From positions 672,001-736,000 of the forward strand of contig CAVVMW010000010.1 of NCBI GenBank assembly GCA_963749495.1: a stretch of DNA of 64,000 nucleotides. Reading direction: 5' to 3'. Below, piece by piece: positions 1-9,493 of this stretch. The notes beneath the pieces were generated by a model. That model saw only the letters and a program-made list of their open reading frames with translations, searched no databases and was not told where the DNA came from. Both the position numbers and the translations under genes were made by a program. This DNA is from an uncultured bacterium. GTDB lineage: Bacteria > Verrucomicrobiota > Verrucomicrobiia > Limisphaerales > UBA8199. Each line of letters begins with the position of its first letter. Within the stretch, counting starts at the first letter, position 1.

Positions 1-338
1 AGGGCTACGGGCATCGGCGGGCAGACAGCACATCCCGAGAAATCCGCCAGGAACGCGTAGAGCCTGCCGGCGTTGCGCGGCCCCCAGGCGACGCCGCCGA
101 CCACCAATCTGACCCCGTCGATGTGGAGGGTGAACTGCACACCGTCAAAGGCCCAGCCGAACTCCACCACCGTGTCCATACTGCTGCGCGGGCTCCCCGG
201 CTCCTGGGTGCAGAGCGGCACCAGGTTCTCGACAAAGCCATGCGGCAGGCAGAGCGGGTAGCTCCTGATTCTGCCGTGGTTGAAGTCAATATGGGTTAGG
301 CGCGCAGAGCTTTGGCCGTTCTTGGGAGGCGGGCGCAT
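1..338 (-). CDS. Hypothetical protein, unknown family A (3' end runs off window; absent from ORF track)
   Basis: Manual translation from ATG at 338: MRPPPKNGQSSARLTHIDFNHGRIRSYP...VQFTLHIDGVRLVVGGVAWGPRNAGRLYAFLADF...PPMPVA. Resembles 1044-1520 and 44597-45205 (T.I..N, G.AW, L...L, Pro-rich stretch). Confidence 0.55.
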   Translation of the reverse strand, partial: MRPPPKNGQSSARLTHIDFNHGRIRSYPLCLPHGFVENLVPLCTQEPGSPRSSMDTVVEFGWAFDGVQFTLHIDGVRLVVGGVAWGPRNAGRLYAFLADFSGCAVCPPMPVA

Positions 339-557
339 GAGGTGTGGGGCGGGTGCGTGTAACGCGACCGAATGTCGGCGACGAGCGTTTGTCACGATTT
401 GTGTTCGGCTTTTTTCTTTTGGCTGGGGGCCTCCTCATGGCGAGGCGACAATCGTGCGCGCGGGGCCGACGATGTGGCCTCCTGGTGGTTGGGGTTCGCA
501 GGTTCCATATCGTTGTTTCGTTTAGCGGCTTTTGAGGATGGGCGGGCCGCTGATCCT

Positions 558-938
558 TCACCCGGCTGCCCGCAGGTGAAGGCGAATGTGCCCCCCGAGT
601 TCCTCGAGGACAAAGGGCTTGGCCACGAAATCCGCGGCACCTGCGTCGAGGGCCAGACGGCGGGTCTCCGGGTCATCGCGGCCGGAGCATAACAGCACGG
701 GCACCTGTGCAAGTTCAGGCCGGGCTTTGGCCCAGAGGCAGAGTTCCAGGCCGGTGCCGTCGGGAAGGTCAATATCGGGGAGGATCAGAGCAACGGGCCT
801 GGCGAGCGCCGCCTGCTTCGCCGTGGCCACGTCGCAAGCGGAGAGGACATCGTAGCCGTCTCTTTCCAGCACGGCACGCAAGAGCCGCGGCACCCCGGGC
901 TCGTCATCGACAATAAGGATAGTTGTATTCTTCAGCAT
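558..938 (-). CDS. Single-domain response regulator (CheY-like receiver)
   Basis: ILIVDDEP...LILPDIDLPDGTG...CSG...AKPF receiver motifs; likely start MLKN at 938; paralogue of 46089-46461. Confidence 0.9.
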   Translation of the reverse strand: MLKNTTILIVDDEPGVPRLLRAVLERDGYDVLSACDVATAKQAALARPVALILPDIDLPDGTGLELCLWAKARPELAQVPVLLCSGRDDPETRRLALDAGAADFVAKPFVLEELGGHIRLHLRAAG

Positions 939-1043
939 GTGCTTTTGTTTGGCCGGTTTGAAAAGCGGCATCCGCCGAGGCGTGGCCACGGCGGATGAAC
1001 AACGCGACAATGGAGAAGCGACGAACGGCGGACTCCGTGCCGG

Positions 1044-1520
1044 TCAAGCCGGCCTTGACGCGTGCCGGCTCAGGTGGGCAATGAGGTCCCTCTGGAAGAC
1101 GACGAGTGCGGTGGCCTCGAAAAGCGGTAGTCTCGAGACCGCAGGCCGGTAGAGTGTCGCGAGCCAGGGAGAGCTGGGTGGGGCGATGGTCCGGATTTCT
1201 GGGAGCTTCGTTTGCGGTGGGAGCGTGGCGGCCCGAAAATCCAGGAGCCACGTCCACAAAGCCGCCGAGTCGGAGTCGTGATTGGCCCACGCTAGCCCGG
1301 CGGTCAGCAACTCCCTTCCGCTCTTGCTCATCACGAGTTGGGCGCAACCCTTCCCCAGGGCCAGCGTGGCGTAATAGCCGGTCAACCTTGGCATGGCCGC
1401 GCAACCCTGCTTGATGAGGCGGTCAATGTGGTGCCTCGTGATCCGGTCTGGCGGGGGCAGCGAACTGCTCGAGACCAAGCGAGTGTTGAGGCTGATGATC
1501 GTGGTGGGATTTGGTTTCAT
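1044..1520 (-). CDS. Hypothetical protein, unknown family A
   Basis: Start MKPNPTT after an A-rich leader; aligns with 44597-45205 (TIISLNT/TVLSLNT, RELLTAGLAWA/REMFTSGIAWA, PWLATLY...VFQR/PWMVTLY...VFQR). Confidence 0.8.
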   Translation of the reverse strand: MKPNPTTIISLNTRLVSSSSLPPPDRITRHHIDRLIKQGCAAMPRLTGYYATLALGKGCAQLVMSKSGRELLTAGLAWANHDSDSAALWTWLLDFRAATLPPQTKLPEIRTIAPPSSPWLATLYRPAVSRLPLFEATALVVFQRDLIAHLSRHASRPA

Positions 1521-2040
1521 AACGGTTGTTCTGTTTGACTTTTTGTTCTGGCCGGGTTTTGGCGGCCACCAGTCTCCGCTCCTACCCGGTCTAACTCCGC
1601 CTTGCGCGCATGACGAAAATCGAGTTTGCCGGGCTTCCGCTTCGGAGGTGTATTGAGTGGCGGCACCATGCGATGGAAAGGCTCTTGCTGTTGCGGGGCA
1701 GGCCGAGGGGATCTCCACTGGCCATCAGTCGGCGTTCGGCTCCGCCGGCCAGGGTCCTGCGGGCGCGTTCCGAAGTCCTCGTCGCCGTTGATTTCGCCAA
1801 GCCGGCCGCGAAAGCGCTCGACCGGTATGCAACCAATCGAGCGGACCTGAATGAGTCCTGAGCTCTGGGGGATTAGAACCAGGAGGCCACTCGCCGAAGC
1901 TCTCGGAGAAAATCGACTTGAGGGGGCCTGCGCTGGAGTCGGCTCCAACGCTCGAAATAGGGGTCATTCTGAGGAACCGATCCGGGTTCAAACGCATCCG
2001 GGGGCAATTTGGTCAGGTCGTATAACGGAGGCCACGCTCC

Positions 2041-2404
2041 TCATGCCTGTAGGTTCTTCATGCGCCGCAGGTGCGCCTCTGCCTTGGCGGCCTTCTCCGG
2101 CGTGATGATCCCCTCGGCCTTCGCCAGCTTCACGGCGTCTAGCAGGATGTCGAGCTCGAGAGACCCGTGGCCGGAGGGCGGGGTCCCAGACGTAAGGGGT
2201 GCATGTGAGGACCCCGGCGGACCAACTCCTGCCCCGCCGGTCTGCGAGGACGGCCGCCGCCGGGAGCACCTCGGAGTCGAGCGCCAGGAGGAAGAGCGGG
2301 ATGCAACCGAGGATGCGCTGTCGCGCCAGCATCTGCGTCCGCGCCCGGAGCTTGTCCGGGCGGCCGCCGCGCCAGACGAGGTGTTTGAATTCAGGGGTTG
2401 GCAG
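2041..2404 (-). pseudogene. Unknown family B member 2, frameshifted, probable CTG start
   Basis: N-part (RILGCIPLFLL...AAVLADRRG.SW) in the 1988..2332 frame, C-part (LDILLDAVKLAKAEGII...KNL) in the 2041..2475 frame; together they match 44152-44486. Confidence 0.7.
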
Positions 2405-2407
2405 AGA

Positions 2408-2791
2408 CTAATTCCTGATCGCGGCCATGCCCGCGACTTCAAGCTTGGCCCTCTCGGCCGACTCGGCGTCGACAATGCCCTGCTCCTGCGCCAGGATTAT
2501 GGCCTTGACCATGAAGTCGAAGATGCCCGGCTCGTCGAGGCTGGCGTCGCAGGAATCGACGAGGACGCCTGCGCCCCGGCGCCAGTCGGGCTCCCCGGCG
2601 GCCGTCGCAAGCACGGCGGCGATGGGGATGCGCTCCTTTCTGCCCCTCAGCGGCATGCAGATGTATCCCAGGTAGAGGGGTACGCTCTTCACGGGGCGGC
2701 TCTTCGCCTTGAAGGGGGGCTTCCTCACATCCTTCCAGACGAGGCAGACGACCTGCGCCCCGCGCATGTCCGAGTGTTCGATTCGCATCAT
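2408..2791 (-). CDS. Hypothetical protein, unknown family B member 1
   Basis: AAGGAG SD upstream; clear paralogue of 43768-44148 (RIEH, FKAK.RP, PLYLG, AAVLAT..GEPDWRRG, MAA.RN). Confidence 0.85.
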   Translation of the reverse strand: MMRIEHSDMRGAQVVCLVWKDVRKPPFKAKSRPVKSVPLYLGYICMPLRGRKERIPIAAVLATAAGEPDWRRGAGVLVDSCDASLDEPGIFDFMVKAIILAQEQGIVDAESAERAKLEVAGMAAIRN

Positions 2792-2827
2792 GTTCTTCAG
2801 CTCCTTATGCTTGTGTTTCCCCGCGAC

Positions 2828-3440
2828 TTAGGGTGCGTGCTGGAACTCCGCTACCGGCCCGGCCTCGGCATCCCAGAATATCGCGACGGCGGCGCGCTGC
2901 CCCAGATAGCCCATGCTCTTTGCCCACGCCTTGGGCGGGCAGAGGCTAGGGATGACCCGTACCGTGATGCCGTGCTGATCCTCGAGGGGGAGGAATACCT
3001 TCCTCTTCCTCGTGTGCCAGTGCCCGACATGCCACTCGTGGAATTTGGTCTCGCCCCACGCCTTCGGCTGTTCGCTGGCCATGATGAGGGGTAAGTTTGT
3101 GTGGGGTTCCAGGTTGCCGTCGCAAAATCCGATCAGGTTTTTTCCGTAGCAGAAGTACTTTCTCTGCTGGAGCCCGTTGTCGATGGTCACGTCCCCCGTC
3201 TTCGAGAACCAGCAATGCAGGGCGTCCCCCATGTAAAAAACCCGGGTCTGATCGTGGTTCCCGGAAATCACGGGTACGGTCACAGGGGCGATCTTGCGGA
3301 GGTGCTCGATGGCCTCGACCAGCAGCTTGCGGCCGGCCACGAACGTCTCGTTCCACCGTGCGGCCTCGTCCTGCGGGGTGCCGTTTGCGGTCGCACGCGA
3401 CGCCCCATCGACGTTGAAAAAGTCGTTGCCGACGGGTAGG
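2828..3440 (-). pseudogene. Calcineurin-like metallophosphoesterase, C-terminal part
   Basis: Frame extends upstream of the ORF call: LPVGNDFFNVD..TANGTPQD...GNHD...GHWH...PSLCP; paralogue of 40500-42008. Confidence 0.85.
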
Positions 3441-3650
3441 GGCGCGCATCGAGGACACTATGCGCCACCTCCTCACCGAGTTCGCCGCCGCAGCGCCCGT
3501 GCGCCCGAGCAGACCGCCCCGCCTCGGGCCGGCGGCATCCTCGAGATGAGCATCTTCGACTTGCATTTAGGGGGTTACGGTTGCGCCCTGGAGACCGGCC
3601 ACGAATACAACCCGCACATCGCCCGCAGCGCGTTCTGGCGCTTCCTATCT
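3441..3650 (+). pseudogene. Inverted fragment of the same metallophosphoesterase (motif I, DxH)
   Basis: Plus strand reads ...LLTEFAAAAPV / GILEMSIFDLHLG...ETGHEYNPHIA..AF, matching QQFRSAAPV...GLLEISMPDGHLG...ETGGRDHDADIA..MF of 40500-42008. Confidence 0.75.
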
Positions 3651-3659
3651 GGGCCGGCC

Positions 3660-3925
3660 ATTCAAACGGTTCGACATGAGCGCGTTCTCCGACCATCAGC
3701 AGCCCGTGGCCATTCTCGAGCAGATGGCCGCCGGAAAGAACGGCCTGCCGGTGCGAGGATCGGTCTCATGTTCGAGCGCGTCGAGGAGCGTCTTGCGGTG
3801 AAATGCCGCATTGGCAGTCCGAAGACCGTGGTCACTCGCCTGGTCGTAGAGCTTCCGCCCAGCGTTGGTGGTGAAGATAATCGTCGTGTCCGTAAAGCTG
3901 ATGTCCACGTGCGCGCGTCCACGCG
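3660..3925 (-). pseudogene. Fragment of a Clp-type AAA+ ATPase domain
   Basis: VDISFTDTTIIFTTNAG...FPAAICSR resembles the Clp D2 sensor-1 (VDF.NTIII.TSN) and arginine-finger region; no start codon or Walker A. Confidence 0.5.
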
Positions 3926-4783
3926 CGCGCGGCGGCGGCGGGAATGCAGGCGCCGACCCGCGCGTGCAGGCCGCCGGCCAACTTGGAAATGCGGTGGGCA
4001 ACGCCATCGGCCAGGCGATTGGCAAAGCCCTGTTTGGCGATCCCCAAGCCCGCAGGGACGAAGCCCTTAGCCTCAACGACCAGGGCGTCCGGTATTACAA
4101 GGACGGGCAGGTTTGTCCGGCCGGGATTATTCTCCCGCAAAGCGTACGGCCAGGGCAGCCCAGCCTTTGAGACGCCGCCGGGCAGTGCGGAGCGAAAGGC
4201 GCAGCTCCTGCATGAGTTGGGGCAGGGTGATCACTTTTGTCGCCGCCAGCGCCGGAGCAGGGAGGCGGCCGCATCCCGGACAGGTTTCATGGCGAGGAGG
4301 AGATTTCGGTCGTTGGCACAGTATATGAATATGGTTTAAAATATACATATAGTATGCCATACGGGGGGAAGCGCGACAAGGAAAAAGCGAACGATCTGGC
4401 GGAAAATCAAAGACCCAAACTCACCTTAACCGGCCTTGCCGGCTACATATACTGGGCCACCTTCCCCTCAAGCCCACCCTAACTAATTGGGCGAAAGGCA
4501 TCTGCGTGATCGCGAATTCCCCAACCGAATTTCGTGATCATAGCCATGTGGAGTTCGGACTGCCCAGCACGGGCTTGCCGGTCGAAGGCCACATTCAGAT
4601 CGTGGAGCCTCGCCATGGGCCTGCCTGGAAATCAACGACTTGCGTCAAAAAAACAAACTTGTCGGATGAGGCGAAAAATGTCCTCCTTCTGGTCCCACGA
4701 TTCATGAGAAGATACCTGAACGCGCAGTTTGCGAGCCACAGCGGCGGGCGTCCAAAACGCACACGTGGAGCATTTGCCTGCCC

Positions 4784-4811
4784 TTGACATCTTGACATGT
4801 TGGAGTATAAT
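4784..4811 (+). promoter_or_regulatory. Consensus sigma70-type promoter upstream of the AGE/DJ-1 operon
   Basis: TTGACA (4784-4789), 16-nt spacer, TATAAT (4806-4811); overlapped by tandem CTTGACAT x2. Confidence 0.6.
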
Positions 4812-5027
4812 TTCAGCAAAGTATGACCCATCCTGTCTCAACCGGTTTACGGAATATTCTGGGGTGGAAGTTGCCAATGCCGGCGCAGCCCTTTGCATCT
4901 CGGGGCGCCAATTGGCGGCAAGAAGTTATCTATTCCCTCAAGAATCTCAGTCCGGCCGCAGGTACTCATTCGCCGGGAAGCCGGCCGATAATCTGCCGCT
5001 AAACTCGATAACCAATCTAGAAATACT

Positions 5028-6464
5028 ATGCCATTTTCACCAGAACTCCCGCCGACGTTTGACATCGATAAGATTCTTCGCGATCTGCCCAGCGGTGAGC
5101 GCTGGCTTTGTCACCTTAAAGAAGATCTCCTGCCCTTTTGGGAAATGCCCGAAGCTCTGGGCAATCCCTTGGGCAATTTCCCTACCTACCGCAACAACGA
5201 TGGGACCCTCGTCGATCCGAAGCATCCGGGGCCGGATTTCCAAAATGTAATTCCGGGCATCGTTTGGTTGGATCGTGACTACGTCCGCGCCAAATCCCGC
5301 CAGTGTTTCGGTTATTGTGTTGCGTACCACATGACCGGCGAAGCTCGTTACCTGGACTACGCCAAGGCCGGGGTCGCCTATCTTCGAGAGCACGCTTTCG
5401 ACCGTGAAAACGGCGGTTCTGTCACCTACTTCAAAAACAAGGGCGGCTTCCCCGCCCCAAAGCAGCGCACCAGCCAGGACTTGGCTTACGCTCTGACTGG
5501 TATCAGCTTCCTTTATTACTTAACCCGGGATCCCAACCTACTGAAGGACTTGATCGACATCCACGAGTACATCTGGGCCACTTATTACGATCCCGCCGCC
5601 GGGTTGCTTCGCTGGGTCCTGGAACCCTCGGTGGAGGGCGATTCGCCGAGTCAGAAGGAGATTGTGGCTCAACTCGATCAGATCTACGGATACATGATGA
5701 CGGTCACTCGCTCCCTGCCCGAGCCGCATCGTGCCCGATGGAAACAACGCCTGGCCACCCTCAGTCACATTCTTATGGATCAGTTTTACACACCGCGCGC
5801 GCACATCTTCTGGGGAGCCGTCAGCAAGGCGTCCGACAAACACTGGGGCACGCCGCATACGGACTTTGGTCACAGCGTCAAAGCGTTTTGGCTCATTTCC
5901 CTGATTGGCTCGCTAAACGACAATTACGAGATGTTCGTGAGCGCGCAGGGCCGGGCGGCTCAAATACTGGAGTGGGCCTATATTGAGCGGACTGGGACTT
6001 GGGCGCGGGCTGTCGGCGCAGACGGAAAGTTGGACGAGGACAAGGAGTGGTGGATTTACTGCGAATTAGATCAGGTCGCCGGCGCCCTGGCCCTGACCGA
6101 TCCCGCGTACGCACGCTATTTGGTGCGTACCGCCGACTATTGGTTCCGGTACATGGTGGACCATAAACACCATGATATATGGCACATGGTCAGTGGGCAT
6201 ACCAACAAACCGGTTCCAGGCTTTCCCAAGCAGCATTCCTGGAAGAGCACGCTTCATTCTTTCGAGCACGCCCTGGTGAGTTACATCTTCGCCAAGCAAC
6301 TGCACGAAGAGCCGGTAACGCTGCACTTCGCTTGGGAGGAAACTCCGGCCTGGGAACACATCCATCCTTATTTCTACCAGGGAAAGGTCCTGGAGGTCGT
6401 CAATTCAGAAAAACAGTCCCCTAAGACAAAGCACCAGACGGTTTTGTTCTCCGATATTCACTGA
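5028..6464 (+). CDS. AGE-family (N-acylglucosamine 2-epimerase-like) (alpha/alpha)6 protein
   Basis: 478 aa; LLPFW, R..SRQ.FGY..AYHMTGE, DFGHSVK, KEWW...E, HSFEH patterns typical of AGE epimerases. Confidence 0.75.
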   Translation: MPFSPELPPTFDIDKILRDLPSGERWLCHLKEDLLPFWEMPEALGNPLGNFPTYRNNDGTLVDPKHPGPDFQNVIPGIVWLDRDYVRAKSRQCFGYCVAYHMTGEARYLDYAKAGVAYLREHAFDRENGGSVTYFKNKGGFPAPKQRTSQDLAYALTGISFLYYLTRDPNLLKDLIDIHEYIWATYYDPAAGLLRWVLEPSVEGDSPSQKEIVAQLDQIYGYMMTVTRSLPEPHRARWKQRLATLSHILMDQFYTPRAHIFWGAVSKASDKHWGTPHTDFGHSVKAFWLISLIGSLNDNYEMFVSAQGRAAQILEWAYIERTGTWARAVGADGKLDEDKEWWIYCELDQVAGALALTDPAYARYLVRTADYWFRYMVDHKHHDIWHMVSGHTNKPVPGFPKQHSWKSTLHSFEHALVSYIFAKQLHEEPVTLHFAWEETPAWEHIHPYFYQGKVLEVVNSEKQSPKTKHQTVLFSDIH

Positions 6465-6588
6465 TAATACTCATGAACCTGTCACCTGGTTAATGTGGTC
6501 GGCGAGTGAAGGCGGGTTCCTGGTCGGAAGCGATGGAGTTTAGGCGTGGGAGAACGCTGAACAATCAAGATAACCTATTACCTTATTT

Positions 6589-7239
6589 ATGAGCCAAAGA
6601 CTGAAGGGCAAGCGAATTGCCGTGCTGGTTGAGACCGAGTTCATTCCGCACGAACTCGATGAATACAAAAAACAATTCACGCAGGAGGGGGCTCAGGTTG
6701 AATTGCTGACCTACCTCTGGGGTAAAGAAAGTCGTGATTTGATCTGCGATATCGACAACGCGCAGAACCCTATCTCCAGCATTCGCATCCTGCGAGTCGA
6801 GGAGTGCGTCTCCAAACACGACCCGACCGAATATGATGTTGTCCTGATGGCGGCGAATTACTGCGCGGTGCGACTGCGAGAAATCACGCCGATGGGCAGC
6901 CTGGGTTCACCCGGGCAAATCAGCCTTCCGCCGGCCGTCCGCTTCTTCGCAAGTGCCATGGAGAACCCGCGAATCATCAAAGGGGCGCTGTGCCATGCCC
7001 TGTGGATCCTGACGCCGCGCAAAGATCTTCTCCAGGGCAGAAAAGTCATCTGTCACACGGTAGTCCTTGCGGATGTCCTGAACGCAGGGGCTATTTTTGT
7101 CCCGGATCCGAGCCATGTCGTGGTGGATAATGACCTGGTGACCGGTCGATCCGCCGCCGACATTGGCGCCTATATTGAAGCGATCATTAGAGCAGCCGCC
7201 AGACTTCACGGCGGACCTGCGTGCAGCGATTCTGTTTGA
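6589..7239 (+). CDS. DJ-1/PfpI family protein
   Basis: LKGKRIAVLVE.EF...E; nucleophile elbow ALCHA; VVVDNDLVTGRS. Confidence 0.85.
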   Translation: MSQRLKGKRIAVLVETEFIPHELDEYKKQFTQEGAQVELLTYLWGKESRDLICDIDNAQNPISSIRILRVEECVSKHDPTEYDVVLMAANYCAVRLREITPMGSLGSPGQISLPPAVRFFASAMENPRIIKGALCHALWILTPRKDLLQGRKVICHTVVLADVLNAGAIFVPDPSHVVVDNDLVTGRSAADIGAYIEAIIRAAARLHGGPACSDSV

Positions 7240-7256
7240 ACCACGGTTATAACCTT

Positions 7257-8151
7257 ATGAAACAAATCCTGATTGTATTATCGGAGTGGGGCTTCTGGGG
7301 TGAGGAGCTCATTGGCCCAATGGAAACCTTTGAGAAAGGCGAGTACAAACTTGTCTTTTGCACTCCTCACGGACGGCGGCCGCGCGCCTTGCCTCCGAGC
7401 ATGGACCCGACGTTCATTGATCCCCCCTTGGGCAAGAAGGTTGTTTCCGAGACGATGGCCGCCAAAGTGAAAGCGGTGGATGACCTAAGCAATCGATTGT
7501 TGAATGTGCCGGTTAATCTCGCCGACTGGTTCCCCGAACGCCCCTATTGGAGCCAAGACGAGACCATCAATGGAGAGACCGTGGTCCTCAGAAAATGGGA
7601 GAACTATTATCGTCAGCGTGAATCCGCGCAGAACGAAACGGATGCGTACCGATGCGCTCCTGCTGGTGGGGGGGAGCGGCCCGATGATTGACATGGTGAA
7701 TAACTACCGCGTACATGACCTCATTCTCGGTTTCCTTGCTCATGGCAAACCCATCGCCGCGGAGTGTTACGGGGTCGCCTGCTTGGCCCAGGCGCGCAAC
7801 TACGATGACAGCAAGAGCATCATTTGGGGCAAACATGTGACCGGCCACCCGAAGGAATACGATTACAAGGATCTCACTGGGGTGCTGGATCCGGAAACCG
7901 GCCAAATATTAACCCGCGTCATTGGCGATGGGAGTCGCTGGGTCAATTTGGGCCCGCCTTTTTACACACTTGAGTTTATGCTCCGGGACGCGGTGGGGCC
8001 GAACGATCAGTTCCACGGGAACGTGGGACGGGCATCGTCCGTTATCGTGGACTATCCGTTCATCACCGGCCGTTCCACCCCCGACTCTTACCTCACCGGT
8101 CAAAAACTCGTTGAAGTGCTCGAGACAAAACTGAAGCGCTGTGGGTGGTAG
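7257..8151 (+). pseudogene. Type-1 glutamine amidotransferase-like / DJ-1 family protein with +1 frameshift near 7650
   Basis: MKQILIVLSEWGFWGEE... joins DALLLVGGSG...AECYG...ITGRS when one C is removed (tac c gat). May be a sequencing error. Confidence 0.8.
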
Positions 8152-8230
8152 AAGAGTGGCAAACACTCCAACGCATCGCGCAGCCCTGAGGTCTGGTTTA
8201 GAAGTGGAAGTCAGGTTTTCGGTGAAAGTT

Positions 8231-8785
8231 ATGGGTGCTCAAACGCAAAAACGTGATGTCGAGCTCGTCACCGTGGCGGCCCAAACGAACGATGTTCCTG
8301 GCCTGCAAGGCTGGCTTTCCAACGGTGACGTTCCAAATTGCTATAATCGGGCTGGATGGACTCCTTTGCTGATTGGTGCCGTTCGTGGTCATACTGGCAT
8401 AGTGGTGGTGCTGACGACAGGCCAGCGCTCCGCGGCGGCTAACAAAGCTGAGGCAAGCGGCGCAAGCAGAGCCAAGCAATTGCAGAGGGCGCGGGCATCA
8501 GACGCTGCACAGTTCGGCAGAAGGCCTCTCCACGCATGCGAACTGATGGCCCGGTTGGCGCAATGCCTCAATCGGCGCGAGCTTAGCCAACCCCCAGCGG
8601 CCACTTTCCCGGATTGTCTCGATCTTGGCACCTCCGACTTGCGCTTCGACCAGATCTCCCTGGGCCACGGCGTCAGCGCCGTGAGGTTGGAAAGAGTGGA
8701 GGACATCCCGGCGACTCTTGCTCGAGTTCTGGCCGATCCCAACGATCCTCTTCTCACCGACGTGGTCTTGAGCAGTGAACTCTGA
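8231..8785 (+). pseudogene. Fused remnants: ankyrin-repeat N-terminus and thiamine-pyrophosphate enzyme C-terminus
   Basis: GWTPLLIGAVRGHTGIV (ankyrin) up to ~8415; FPDCLDL...FDQISLGHGVSAVRLER.EDI...L..P..P.L.DV (TPP enzyme tail) from ~8600. Confidence 0.6.
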
Positions 8786-9078
8786 CAACCAGCCGGCACC
8801 AATATGATACATCAGCTCATTATCGTCGGACCGAAATCGGAATGGTCCACCGACACTTTACCCCCAGGTTGCACAAAAACATAGCCGTCCAATCGGCCTT
8901 ACCCCTCAAAAGTGGCCGCCCGTGCAGCCAGAATACTCCTGCTGAGTTCCGTTCCTAACGCCCCGCAAGAGCCACTAAAAGTGAGGTTTGGCGAGCGGTA
9001 GGTTCGCGTTTCGGACTGGTGAGAAAAATCTGCGATTGGGGGCTTGACATTTCCGATAGCCTATATTATGTATCGGAC

Positions 9079-9450
9079 ATGAAGAAAACGATCTCTATCC
9101 CGCAAATCGAAGCTCGTATCCAACACATCAAAACCCAACTCGCCGCCTTGGGCGATATGCGTCCCGGAAGCCTTTCCCGGCAGTATAACGTCTGCGGCAA
9201 GCCGGGCTGCCGTTGTAAGGACCCCGAAAAACCCCGACGCCACGGCCCCTATTACCAACTGAGTTGGGTGCATCGCCGCAAGAGCACCAGCCAGTTCATC
9301 CGCCCCGGCTTTGTCGCTCAGGTCAAGGCCCAACTGGCCACTTATAGAACCTCTCGCAAGCTGACGGCACAATGGGTCGAGTTAGCCCTCCAGGCAGCCC
9401 AACTGAGGCTCCAAGCCGCCAGAGACACCGCCACGCTCCAACCCAAGTGA
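9079..9450 (+). CDS. IS-associated small protein (DUF6788-like)
   Basis: GSLS....CGKPGC.C......HGPYY.L signature; identical copy at 21889-22260. Confidence 0.8.
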   Translation: MKKTISIPQIEARIQHIKTQLAALGDMRPGSLSRQYNVCGKPGCRCKDPEKPRRHGPYYQLSWVHRRKSTSQFIRPGFVAQVKAQLATYRTSRKLTAQWVELALQAAQLRLQAARDTATLQPK

Positions 9451-9493
9451 GCCTCCACCCGCCCCCCCTCCTTTCACCTCAAACCCTTCTCCC

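Noticed and set aside
2009..3094. 361-aa plus-strand ORF, and similar long antisense ORFs such as 19216-20532, 51884-52930 and 54345-55886
   Set aside because: Shadow ORFs opposite genes with clear motifs; expected in high-GC DNA.
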